Of a stretch of DNA of 32,000 bases, positions 17,290-26,231 are shown in pieces. This DNA is from Acholeplasma laidlawii PG-8A. Its GTDB lineage: Bacteria > Bacillota_I > Bacilli_A > Acholeplasmatales > Acholeplasmataceae. Every line of letters begins with the position of its first letter. Within the stretch, counting starts at the first letter, position 1. The notes beneath the pieces are model-generated. The model was not told where the DNA came from. It did no database searches and worked only from the letters and a program-made list of their open reading frames with translations. Location of the stretch: assembly GCF_000018785.1 (NCBI RefSeq), contig NC_010163.1, positions 480,001 through 512,000 on the forward strand. Reading direction: 5' to 3'. Position numbers and translations under genes: made by a program.

Positions 17290-18064
17290 AGGTAAAATCT
17301 TTGCAGATATTTATATCTTTATCGTATTGCTTACAGTTTTAATACCGTTAATCTCAATGATTATATTCTCATTTAATCAATCAAATTCACTGATTGTATT
17401 TACAGGTTTCACATTTAATTGGTATGTAGATTTATTTACATCAAGATCTCTTAGGGAACCTATCTTAAATACATTATTAGTTGCAGGTATATCTACCATG
17501 GCAGCAGTCATTTTAGGTACTTTAGGCGCGATGGCCTTATCTAAACAAAATCGTCTATTTAGAGAAGTTGCATTATCTGTGAATAATATACCCATCCTTT
17601 CACCAGATATCTTAACTGCGGTTGCATTCTTTGTATTCTTAATCGCTTTTGGGATTGAACGCGGGCTGATGACTATGATTCTAGCCCATATATCTTTTTC
17701 AACACCTTACGCCCTTTTAGCAATTTATCCAAAAGTGCGTAGCTTAGATCCAAACCTTTTAGATGCTGCTTATGACTTAGGTGCAACACCAGGTAAAGCA
17801 TTATGGAAAGTGGTACTACCACAATTAAGAGGTTCTATTGTAGCAGGTGCTGCAATCGCATTTACAATGAGTTTTGACGATTATATTATTTCTAAGTTTG
17901 CTAGTGGAGAGTTAGTAAATAATATTTCAACCTATATGTATTCACAGTCACACGGTATTCGTCCAAACATTAACGCATTATCCACCATCATTATCTTTAT
18001 TATTGGCATCAAAGTCATTCTAGACTATGTCAATTTAAGAAATAAAAAACACGAGGAAGAGTAA
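17279..18064 (+). CDS. potC: Spermidine/putrescine ABC transporter permease
   Basis: Permease with the loop DAAYDLGATPGKALWKVVLP. 11-nt overlap with potB. Confidence 0.85.
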   Translation: MKTKGKIFADIYIFIVLLTVLIPLISMIIFSFNQSNSLIVFTGFTFNWYVDLFTSRSLREPILNTLLVAGISTMAAVILGTLGAMALSKQNRLFREVALSVNNIPILSPDILTAVAFFVFLIAFGIERGLMTMILAHISFSTPYALLAIYPKVRSLDPNLLDAAYDLGATPGKALWKVVLPQLRGSIVAGAAIAFTMSFDDYIISKFASGELVNNISTYMYSQSHGIRPNINALSTIIIFIIGIKVILDYVNLRNKKHEEE

Positions 18065-18068
18065 AAAA

Positions 18069-19136
18069 ATGAAGAAAATATTTAGTTTAACATTTATTAT
18101 GGCAGCATTATTTATATTAAATGCTTGTACATCCAATGCATTAGTAATTTATATGCCAAAAGAATATATCTCAGAAGATCTAATTGATGCTTTTGAACAA
18201 GAAACAGGCATTCAAGTCGCACTACGTTACTTTGATTCAAACGAAGTACTACTAACAAATGCTAAAGTAAACTCATACGATTTAATTATTCCATCAGACT
18301 ATGCAATTGAAGAATTAGCAGCTGGGGATTATTTAAAACCACTTGATTGGGACCGTATTGACTTTGATAAAGCTGATTTTTCAGTGAATTTATCAAATGC
18401 AATTGACCAATTAAATACCGGTGGATTTGATATTTTAGAATATTCACTACCATATTTTTGGGGTACAGTTGGATTAATCTATAACAATACTAAAGCTGGC
18501 TTATATGAAGATCTTGTTGAAGAAGAATGGAATATCCTAAATAATCCAGACTATTCAAAAATGATTTATGATTCATCAAGAGATGCATTTATGGCGGCTC
18601 TATATGCTAATAATTTTGAAATGAAAAATGCAACATCAACTGAAATAAATGTTGCTAAAAACTGGTTAATTGATGCATACTCAAAATCAAATGCATCTAT
18701 AAAGTCAGATGAAATTTTAAGTGAAGCGATTGATAATAACACACCATATGATGTAGCAATGGTTTACTCAGGTGATGCGGTATACATCTTACAAGAAAAT
18801 GAAAAATATTCATACTTTGTACCAACTTGGACAAACGTATGGATTGATGGCTATGTTATTCCAAAAAATACTAAACATGAAGATTGGGCATATGAATTTA
18901 TCAACTTCATGTCCACTTATGATGCATTACTTGATAATGCAACAGAAATGGGTTATTCACCAATTTCTGAAGCAGTTTACCAAAACTTATATCAAGACGA
19001 AGAATTTAACTGGGACAATGACCGTATTGGTTATGCATTCTCAGTACCTTATACAAATTTTGAATTCTTTAGATATGATGTAGATTTAAAGAAATTAATG
19101 GATGATGCATGGGAACTTGTCATCTTAAGTAACTAA
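18069..19136 (+). CDS. potD: Spermidine/putrescine-binding lipoprotein
   Basis: Signal peptide with lipobox LNAC, PotD-like solute-binding body, position in the operon. Confidence 0.82.
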   Translation: MKKIFSLTFIMAALFILNACTSNALVIYMPKEYISEDLIDAFEQETGIQVALRYFDSNEVLLTNAKVNSYDLIIPSDYAIEELAAGDYLKPLDWDRIDFDKADFSVNLSNAIDQLNTGGFDILEYSLPYFWGTVGLIYNNTKAGLYEDLVEEEWNILNNPDYSKMIYDSSRDAFMAALYANNFEMKNATSTEINVAKNWLIDAYSKSNASIKSDEILSEAIDNNTPYDVAMVYSGDAVYILQENEKYSYFVPTWTNVWIDGYVIPKNTKHEDWAYEFINFMSTYDALLDNATEMGYSPISEAVYQNLYQDEEFNWDNDRIGYAFSVPYTNFEFFRYDVDLKKLMDDAWELVILSN

Positions 19137-19148
19137 ACCTAAATATAT

Positions 19149-19195
19149 AAACCTAATAGTAATCGATAAGATAAGTACTATTAGGTTTTTTTATT
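19149..19195 (+). terminator. Rho-independent terminator of the pot operon
   Basis: AAACCTAATAGTA ... TACTATTAGGTTT followed by T-run. Confidence 0.75.
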
Positions 19196-19249
19196 AAACA
19201 TAAATCATCGTGTATTATGTCACATAAGCGCATATTTATACCAGTTTTA

Positions 19250-19258
19250 TGTTAAAAT
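19250..19258 (+). promoter_or_regulatory. Extended -10 element (TGtTAAAAT) upstream of nusB
   Basis: Read directly. The SD TGAGGTA and ATG 19278 follow. Confidence 0.4.
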
Positions 19259-19277
19259 ACATTTGAGGTAAATAATT

Positions 19278-19658
19278 ATGCAAAAGACACAAACACAATA
19301 TAAAAAACTAATGGAAGTGATGTATCAATATAGTTTACACAAGCATGTTGATTTTTTAGATTACACATTACTTGAAGATGCATCCAAAGAAGTTATTAAC
19401 GGCATGATAGATGAATTAGAACATGTAGATTTTTTAATTTCATCAACAATCAAAAACTACACAATTGATCGTTTAAATTTAGTAGATTTAGCAATTATTA
19501 GAGTCGCGGTATACGCACTTTTAAAAGAAATCGATCCGGCTGAAATCGTGATTAACGAAGCCATTGAATTATCCAAGGAATATACAGATTTAGATGATGA
19601 AAAGCAACACAAATTTAACAATAGTTTAATTGATAATATATATAAAAAAATTAAGTAG
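19278..19658 (+). CDS. nusB: Transcription antitermination factor NusB
   Basis: DRLNLVDLAIIRVAVYALL...VINEAIELSKEY...KFNNSLIDNI matches the NusB signature helices. Confidence 0.85.
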   Translation: MQKTQTQYKKLMEVMYQYSLHKHVDFLDYTLLEDASKEVINGMIDELEHVDFLISSTIKNYTIDRLNLVDLAIIRVAVYALLKEIDPAEIVINEAIELSKEYTDLDDEKQHKFNNSLIDNIYKKIK

Positions 19659-19663
19659 GGCAT

Positions 19664-21004
19664 ATGAACGAACAAAAGTATTTAAGCGTTTCGGCACTAA
19701 CTGAATATATTAAAGTCAAATTAGAAAATGATAACCATCTTAAACGCGTATTTTTAAAAGGTGAAATTTCAAATTTTACGCATCATGGTTCAGGACATCT
19801 GTATTTTTCATTAAAAGATGAAGATGCAGCAATCTCTGCAATGATGTTTAAAACGTATGCATCTACATTAAGTTTTAAACCTAAAGCAGGGGATAAAGTA
19901 TTAGTAGAAGGTTATATTTCTTTATATAAAGCACGTGGTACGTATAGTATCTCGATTTTTTCTATGACACTCGATGGTATTGGTGAGCTCTTCTTAAAAT
20001 ATGAACAAAATAGAAAGATGTTTCAAGAATTAGGCTATTTTGATGAATCACTAAAAAAACCTATTCCTAAGTTTCCTAAGATTATTGCAGTCATTACATC
20101 TGAAACTGGTGCAGTGATTCAAGATATAAAAACAACCATTTCAAGACGTTACTTACTCGCGAAAATTGAACTCTATCCTATTTTAGTTCAAGGTGAAGGT
20201 TCTAAAGACGATATTGTTAAAACACTAGCAAGAGTCAACAGAGAAAGTCAAGCAGATGTCATTATCTTAGGACGCGGTGGTGGGTCGATTGAAGACTTAT
20301 GGAGTTTTAATGAGGCTGAAGTCGTTGTTGCAATTCATCAGTCTAAAATACCTGTTATTACAGCAATAGGACATGAAACAGATACAACCCTATCTGATTA
20401 TGTTTCAGACTTACGTGCACCAACACCAACAGCTGCAGCAGAACTTGCTACACCGAATATGGCGGACTTAATTAAAGAAATAAAAGACAAAGTTCAATTA
20501 AGTCAGTACTATATGAATGAGCGTATAAAAAACTATACTGCATTAATACTTAATTTAGATGAAAGACTTGAACTAGCCAGTCCTAAATCCAAGTTAGAGT
20601 TAGAACATAAACAAATTGATAACTTAACATCTAAATTAACGTACTTTTATAAGTCAAAACTAACAGATAACTTAAATCAGGTCAGACTTTTAAGTCAAAG
20701 ACTTACGTCGCCTGATGAAAAAATAGAACGTTATAAAGAACGTATAGAAACATTAACATCCAGAATAAACCTTTTATATAAGAAGCAAGTAGACTTGAAA
20801 ACTTACGAATATCAATCAAGTCTAAAGCAACTACAAGGACTAGATCCATTACGTATTATGCAAAGAGGTTTCTCATTAACAACCAAAAATCAAAAAGTGA
20901 TTACAAGTATAGAACAAATCAATACGAATGATGAATTAGATATTCAATATAAAGATGGTACAGCCAAGGTTAAAGTATTAAGCAAGGAAGGTAAACACAT
21001 ATGA
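19664..21004 (+). CDS. xseA: Exodeoxyribonuclease VII large subunit
   Basis: N-terminal OB fold (SVSALTEYIK...GEISNF..HGSGHLYFSLKD), GRGGGSIEDLW and GHETDTTLSDYV motifs, C-terminal coiled coil. Confidence 0.92.
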   Translation: MNEQKYLSVSALTEYIKVKLENDNHLKRVFLKGEISNFTHHGSGHLYFSLKDEDAAISAMMFKTYASTLSFKPKAGDKVLVEGYISLYKARGTYSISIFSMTLDGIGELFLKYEQNRKMFQELGYFDESLKKPIPKFPKIIAVITSETGAVIQDIKTTISRRYLLAKIELYPILVQGEGSKDDIVKTLARVNRESQADVIILGRGGGSIEDLWSFNEAEVVVAIHQSKIPVITAIGHETDTTLSDYVSDLRAPTPTAAAELATPNMADLIKEIKDKVQLSQYYMNERIKNYTALILNLDERLELASPKSKLELEHKQIDNLTSKLTYFYKSKLTDNLNQVRLLSQRLTSPDEKIERYKERIETLTSRINLLYKKQVDLKTYEYQSSLKQLQGLDPLRIMQRGFSLTTKNQKVITSIEQINTNDELDIQYKDGTAKVKVLSKEGKHI

Positions 21005-21186
21005 GTGAAAAACTTACATTTGAAGAAACAATTAAAAAGTTAGAAGAAGTTGTTAAGCAACTTGAAAGTAAAGATATTTCTTTAGAACAATCTATTGAAA
21101 AATATCAAGAAGGATTGAAATTATCAAAATCATTATATGAAATGATTAAAGCGGCTGAAGCTTTAATTGTTGAAGTTAAATCTTGA
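21001..21186 (+). CDS. xseB: Exodeoxyribonuclease VII small subunit
   Basis: 61-aa helical protein (FEETIKKLEEVVKQLE...LEQSIEKYQEGLKL). ATGA overlap with xseA. TGA stop. Confidence 0.9.
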   Translation: MSEKLTFEETIKKLEEVVKQLESKDISLEQSIEKYQEGLKLSKSLYEMIKAAEALIVEVKS

Positions 21187-21881
21187 GATTAGATAAATAT
21201 TTAACAGACCACTATAAAGACATTACACGTTCACAGTTTAGTGACTTTATTAAGCGTGGTTTTGTAACAATTGACGATAAAGTAATAACTAAACCATCTT
21301 TTGATGTACTTGAACACCACGTTGTGAAATTTAATAAAGACGACGTCTTTGTTTCACGTGGTGGTGAGAAGTTAGAACATGCAATTGATGTTTTTGGTAT
21401 AGATATTTCTAATAAAGTCGTCATCGATGTCGGTGCATCGACTGGTGGGTTTACTCAAAGTGTATTAAACCATGGGGCAAAACATGTCTATGCATATGAT
21501 GTAGGTACAGATCAGTTAGCAAAAAGCTTACGTAGTGATGTACGTGTCTCATCGTTTGAACAAACCAACATATTAGATGTTAATCTACCCGAAAATGATC
21601 TGATTGTTATAGATGTATCCTTTACATCGGTATTACCAATTTTAAGTCATGTCACACCTTTTGCAAAAGAGATCATCTTTTTACTTAAACCTCAATTTGA
21701 GACAACAAAGGATATGCTTAAAAAAGGTATATTAAAATCAGAAAAAGAAATATCTAAAATCATTGAAAAAACAACGCAACACTTAAAGTCATTATCATTA
21801 CAAATCTTAGGTTTTACACCAAGTCCAATAACCGGCAAAGATGGAAACCAAGAGTATTTAATTTACTGTACAAGGAGTTAA
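21183..21881 (+). CDS. tlyA: TlyA-family rRNA 2'-O-methyltransferase (S4 domain plus FtsJ-like methyltransferase)
   Basis: MRLDKYL S4 N-terminus, VSRGGEKL and DVGASTGGFT SAM motif. TTG start overlaps the xseB TGA (TTGA). Confidence 0.85.
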   Translation: MRLDKYLTDHYKDITRSQFSDFIKRGFVTIDDKVITKPSFDVLEHHVVKFNKDDVFVSRGGEKLEHAIDVFGIDISNKVVIDVGASTGGFTQSVLNHGAKHVYAYDVGTDQLAKSLRSDVRVSSFEQTNILDVNLPENDLIVIDVSFTSVLPILSHVTPFAKEIIFLLKPQFETTKDMLKKGILKSEKEISKIIEKTTQHLKSLSLQILGFTPSPITGKDGNQEYLIYCTRS

Positions 21882-21884
21882 TAC

Positions 21885-23528
21885 ATGCTAAATTATCTAG
21901 AAGTTAAAAATTTCGCTTTAATTGATGATTTAAATATCGAGTTTAAGCATGGTTTAACATCATTAACTGGAGAAACTGGTAGTGGTAAATCGATTCTTTT
22001 AGAGTCTTTACAATTGTTATTTGGAAAGCGTTCAGATGCTGAGTATATTAGAACTGGTACAACTAAAGCAACCGTTCTAGGTAGATTTAGTCTAACACCA
22101 AATCAAGCAAGAGATTTAGACTTACCCAATGATATTACACTGAGTAGAGAAATAGACCAATCAGGTAGACATCTAGTAAAACTAAATGATGAAACAATCA
22201 CCCTTGCTAGACTTAGACAAATAACGAATAAGATTGGCTTAATTCATGGACAAAATGATACCTATCAATTACTAGATAAATCTACCTATGTATCTTTTAT
22301 TGACTTATTAAATCAAGTAGAAATCAACAAATTACTACAACATTATTTGCTCAAAAGAAGTACTTATTTAGATGCTTTAAAGGCATTTGAAAACCTAAAA
22401 AATAAGAAACAAGAAACCCAAGAACGCGCTGAATTTTTAAAGTTTCAAATCAACGAGTTAAAATCTTATAATCTAGTCTTAGGAGAAAAACAGGAATTAG
22501 AGGAAAAAGTTCAAAGATTAAAAAACTTTGATAGTATTCAGCAAGCACTAAAGCTAAGTTATGACACCTTTAATGGGCAATTTTTTCAAACAGATCTTTT
22601 ATATGATGCATACAAACAAATGTCTAAAATCTCTGTATATGATAATGAATTTAAAGAAATATCAAAACTTCTTGAAGAAAGTTATTATAACTTAGAAGAA
22701 GCTAAAAAAAGTGTTGAATCTTCTTTAGATAGTCTAGATTTTGATAGTGATGCATACAATAATTATCAAGAACGTTTGTATGAACTATCTAAAATAGAGA
22801 CGAAATATGCAAAATCAAATGATGACTTAGTGAAGTACTTAGAAGAAATGACCGATGAGTTATTAATGAGTCAAGACTTTGATGGCTATTTAAAAATAGC
22901 TAAATCAAAACTGGATACACATTATGATGAAGCTTACAAACTTGGTGAAAAACTAAGTAGTTATAGAAAAAAACTAGCACTTAAGCTAGAAAAAGAATTA
23001 ACTCAGTCCTTACATGAACTTGATTTAGAAAAGGCAGTTTTTAAAATTGAGTTTGAAGCCTTAAAACCTCAGATGGTATTAGGTGAGGATGGACTAGATT
23101 CAGTAGAGTTTATGATATCACTCAATGAAGGTGAACCCCTCAAAGCACTTGCTAAAGTAGCTAGTGGTGGTGAAAAAGCTAGATTTATGTTTGCATTAAA
23201 ATCTCTTTATGCCATAAATAGTGACTTAAGTCTCTTAGTTTTTGATGAGATTGACATTGGTATATCCGGAAAAACCGCAACAAAAATGGCAAATGTGATG
23301 AAACGCCATGCTAAAACGATGCAAATACTCGTGATAACACACTTACCACAAGTAGCTGCAAAGGCAGATTATCATTATGCAATCTATAAAGAATTAGTCG
23401 ATAAACGTATGCAAACTCAAATTAATATCCTAAACTTTGAAGAACGTACTTTAGCGATCGCTAGTATGTTATCTGATGATGAAATTACACCGTTTGCGAT
23501 TGAACAAGCTAAAAAATTATTATCATAA
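21885..23528 (+). CDS. recN: DNA repair protein RecN
   Basis: Walker A GETGSGKS, long coiled coil, C-terminal ASGGEKAR signature and VFDEIDIG Walker B. SD AAGGAG. Confidence 0.93.
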   Translation: MLNYLEVKNFALIDDLNIEFKHGLTSLTGETGSGKSILLESLQLLFGKRSDAEYIRTGTTKATVLGRFSLTPNQARDLDLPNDITLSREIDQSGRHLVKLNDETITLARLRQITNKIGLIHGQNDTYQLLDKSTYVSFIDLLNQVEINKLLQHYLLKRSTYLDALKAFENLKNKKQETQERAEFLKFQINELKSYNLVLGEKQELEEKVQRLKNFDSIQQALKLSYDTFNGQFFQTDLLYDAYKQMSKISVYDNEFKEISKLLEESYYNLEEAKKSVESSLDSLDFDSDAYNNYQERLYELSKIETKYAKSNDDLVKYLEEMTDELLMSQDFDGYLKIAKSKLDTHYDEAYKLGEKLSSYRKKLALKLEKELTQSLHELDLEKAVFKIEFEALKPQMVLGEDGLDSVEFMISLNEGEPLKALAKVASGGEKARFMFALKSLYAINSDLSLLVFDEIDIGISGKTATKMANVMKRHAKTMQILVITHLPQVAAKADYHYAIYKELVDKRMQTQINILNFEERTLAIASMLSDDEITPFAIEQAKKLLS

Positions 23529-23533
23529 TAAAA

Positions 23534-23567
23534 AAATGAACTTATAAAGTAAGTTCATTTTATTTAT
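23534..23567. terminator. Bidirectional hairpin terminator shared by recN (+) and the small minus-strand gene
   Basis: AAATGAACTTA / TAAAG / TAAGTTCATTT, with A-run on the 5' side and T-run on the 3' side, so each strand sees a hairpin followed by Ts. Confidence 0.7.
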
Positions 23568-23583
23568 TAAAAGGTATTGTTAA

Positions 23584-23763
23584 TTAACTAAAAAAGTTAA
23601 CGACTGCGATGATTGCACCAATTAAAATTACTGCAATTGTTCCGAAAATGATAAGCCCTATAACAATTTTTCCCCATAGAGATTCACTTGGATCTTTAAA
23701 TACGTATGTATCTTTCTTTGCAACTGGTTGTTGTTTTTTAGAAACAGAATTCTTTTTTGCCAT
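23584..23763 (-). CDS. Small (59 aa) single-pass membrane protein with a Lys-rich N-terminal tail; absent from the supplied ORF track
   Basis: My hand translation of the minus strand is MAKKNSVSKKQQPVAKKDTYVFKDPSESLWGKIVIGLIIFGTIAVILIGAIIAVVNFFS*. Strong SD GGAGTGAT lies 5-6 nt before the ATG (23763-23761). A minus-strand TATAAT corresponds to plus 23795-23800. It has its own terminator hairpin. Confidence 0.65.
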   Translation of the reverse strand: MAKKNSVSKKQQPVAKKDTYVFKDPSESLWGKIVIGLIIFGTIAVILIGAIIAVVNFFS

Positions 23764-23794
23764 GTTATCACTCCAAAATAATTTGTCTTATGAT

Positions 23795-23809
23795 ATTATA
23801 CTATATAAT
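23795..23809. promoter_or_regulatory. Back-to-back divergent -10 boxes (minus TATAAT = plus 23795-23800; plus TATAAT 23804-23809)
   Basis: Read directly in the 68-bp region between the small minus-strand gene and dinB. Confidence 0.45.
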
Positions 23810-23831
23810 ATGTATTAAAGGAAGTTTTAAT

Positions 23832-24941
23832 TTGAAAAAATCATATAAAGTTATATTTCATATTGATTTAAACGCTTTCTACGCTACATGTGCCATGATT
23901 AAAGAGCCACATTTGAAGCATAGGGTTTTTGTTGTTGGTGGACAATCCTCTCAACCAAGAGGTGTTGTATCAACAGCAAGCTATAAAGCTAGAAAATATG
24001 GTATACATGCTGGCATGAGCATGTTAGACGCTTTAAATAAATTTCCCAGACTACTTATAGTACCTGTCGACTTTAAATTTTACAGAGAAATGTCTAACAA
24101 ATTTATGGAAGTTTTGGATGCTTATTCAGATTTAGTCCTTCAAGCATCCATTGATGAAGCGTTTTTAGATATGACCAAAGCATCTGAGGAGATACACCCA
24201 ATTAAGTTGGCTAAAAAGATTCAAAAGGAACTGGTTGATAAATACCAGTTACCAACATCTATTGGTATCGCACCAACATTATTTTTAGCCAAAATGGCAA
24301 GTGATATGAAAAAACCATTAGGTATTACGGTGTTAAGAAAAAGAGATGTAGAAAAGTTACTATATCCTTTAAGTGTTACTGACATTTATGGTATCGGTAA
24401 ACAAACATACCCAAAACTCATGGCACTTGGTATCAATACAATTAAAGACTTCATGGACTTATCCAACTTACCAAAGATTACACGTGTAATGAAAGAAGAA
24501 ACTTATTATAGTTTTAGAGAATATATTTTAGGTAATAGTTCAAATGTTGTTGATCCGGATAAATACCGCTTACCAAAATCTATTTCTGCTGAAACCACAT
24601 TTAATACAAATATGGATGAACCGTCCGTTATATTAGACATCATCATGTCACAACTAGATGAATCCTTAGTTAGACTAAAAAAATATAACATGCTTACAAA
24701 AACAGTTGGATTTAAACTCAAATCCAGTGATTTTAAATCCATTACCCGTTCTAAAACACTAGAAGATTATACAAATGATCCTGAAATTATCAAATATGAA
24801 CTGACATCACTTTTTGAAAATGAATTTGAAGGTGGGATTTATCGTTTAGCTGGTGCATCATTAAGTAACTTAATTTTACACAGTGATAATGAAATTCCTT
24901 TTAATCTGTTCACGTATGAAAAGTTTATCACTAAATTATGA
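23832..24941 (+). CDS. dinB: DNA polymerase IV (Y-family)
   Basis: IFHIDLNAFYATCA, SIDEAFLD and GIGK motifs. The likely start is TTG 23832 after SD AAGGAAG. The ORF-track ATG 23757 lies upstream of the predicted promoter and adds a non-homologous hydrophobic peptide. TGA stop. Confidence 0.88.
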   Translation: MKKSYKVIFHIDLNAFYATCAMIKEPHLKHRVFVVGGQSSQPRGVVSTASYKARKYGIHAGMSMLDALNKFPRLLIVPVDFKFYREMSNKFMEVLDAYSDLVLQASIDEAFLDMTKASEEIHPIKLAKKIQKELVDKYQLPTSIGIAPTLFLAKMASDMKKPLGITVLRKRDVEKLLYPLSVTDIYGIGKQTYPKLMALGINTIKDFMDLSNLPKITRVMKEETYYSFREYILGNSSNVVDPDKYRLPKSISAETTFNTNMDEPSVILDIIMSQLDESLVRLKKYNMLTKTVGFKLKSSDFKSITRSKTLEDYTNDPEIIKYELTSLFENEFEGGIYRLAGASLSNLILHSDNEIPFNLFTYEKFITKL

Positions 24942-24962
24942 TATAATTATGGAGGTGAAAAT

Positions 24963-26231
24963 ATGAAAATAAAAGAAATGCTTGAGAAATTAAAGTATAC
25001 TGAATTATCCCCAATACAAACTGAAGTCATTAAAAACTTTAATGATAAGCGACATATTGTGGGCTTAGCTCCAACTGGAACTGGTAAGACACATGCTTAT
25101 CTTTTTCCTGTTTTAGAAAACTTAAAAAGAGAACCTAATGTTGTAGAAGCAATCATCTTACTACCAACCAATGAACTTGTTATACAAGTTCAAAGTATGT
25201 TGTTGGAAACAGATGATACTGTAAGTTATAAATCATATTATGGTTCACAAGATATGCAAAGAGAAGCTGTAAAACTAAAAAACAGTCATCCAAATATCGT
25301 TATTACAACACCTTCAAAATTAATCGATTTAGTCATTCATAAAAATGCTTTAAATATTAAACATTTAGATTACTTCATACTAGATGAAGCAGATATGATG
25401 TTTGATGAAGATTTTATGAGTTTAATAGATCCTGTTTTAGCAAATCAAAAAATAGATAAATTTATGATATTTTCTGCAAGTATTACTAAAGCTATGGAAC
25501 CATTTATTGCAAAATACTTTGGAAACCACATCTTTATTGATACAAAGAGGGATACTACTTTAAATATTGATTACTACTTATTAAACATAAGAGAACAAAG
25601 ACTAGCAAGTTTAATGGATGTTATTAAACGTATTAATCCTTACTTAAGTATTATATTCGTAAGTAAAAATGAAGACATCAACACTGTCTATGAATATCTA
25701 TTAGAACAAGGTGTTAACGTTGTATCGTTCCAATCTAGTTTAGGCGTTAAACAAAGAAAACGTATTTTAGAAGATATTCATAATTTAAAATATCAATTTG
25801 TTGTATCAAGTGATTTATTAGCTCGTGGAATTGATTTTAAAGCAAGTCATATTATTCACTATGATTTACCATTTAAATTAGAGTTTTTCCTACATAGAAG
25901 TGGGCGTACAGCACGTATGGGTGATACTGGTGAAGTTTATACACTCTATGATGAAATGGATCAAAAAAAGATTGATAAATTGAGAAACCAAGGTATTGAT
26001 TTTATACCAATTACATTAACACCAGATGGTTTTAAAAAACCTAAAAAGAAATCAAAAACTTATGATAAAAAGATTGCTAACGCGATTAAAAAAATAGCCA
26101 AACCAAAGCGTGTCACACCAGGCTATAAGAAAAAACACGCGGAAAAAGTTAAAGCTGCAATTAAAAAGGTAAAGAAAGGTAGGTACAGGGATGCTGATCT
26201 TAGGAAGTCACGTAAGTCTCAAGGGGAATGA
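24963..26231 (+). CDS. cshB: DEAD-box ATP-dependent RNA helicase with a Lys-rich C-terminal tail (CshB-like)
   Basis: Q-motif, APTGTGKT, DEAD, SAS, ARGID and HRSGRTAR. The helicase-nfo adjacency matches B. subtilis cshB-nfo as I remember it. SD GGAGGTGA. Confidence 0.85.
   Translation: MKIKEMLEKLKYTELSPIQTEVIKNFNDKRHIVGLAPTGTGKTHAYLFPVLENLKREPNVVEAIILLPTNELVIQVQSMLLETDDTVSYKSYYGSQDMQREAVKLKNSHPNIVITTPSKLIDLVIHKNALNIKHLDYFILDEADMMFDEDFMSLIDPVLANQKIDKFMIFSASITKAMEPFIAKYFGNHIFIDTKRDTTLNIDYYLLNIREQRLASLMDVIKRINPYLSIIFVSKNEDINTVYEYLLEQGVNVVSFQSSLGVKQRKRILEDIHNLKYQFVVSSDLLARGIDFKASHIIHYDLPFKLEFFLHRSGRTARMGDTGEVYTLYDEMDQKKIDKLRNQGIDFIPITLTPDGFKKPKKKSKTYDKKIANAIKKIAKPKRVTPGYKKKHAEKVKAAIKKVKKGRYRDADLRKSRKSQGE

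Noticed and set aside
18772-19083. 103-aa plus-strand ORF inside potD, and likewise 26390-26584 inside nfo
   Set aside because: These are alternative frames of conserved genes, with low-complexity M/L/Q/K composition and no start signals.
23609-23818. 69-aa plus-strand ORF in the track (MIAPIKITAIV...)
   Set aside because: It is the antisense shadow of the minus-strand 59-aa gene. It has no SD, it runs through the divergent promoter region, and its hydrophobicity simply mirrors the TM codons on the other strand.
23757-23831. ATG 23757 as the dinB start
   Set aside because: It overlaps the small minus-strand gene and precedes the only plausible promoter. The added 25 residues (MPCYHSKIICLMILYYIICIKGSFN) have no counterpart in Y-family polymerases.
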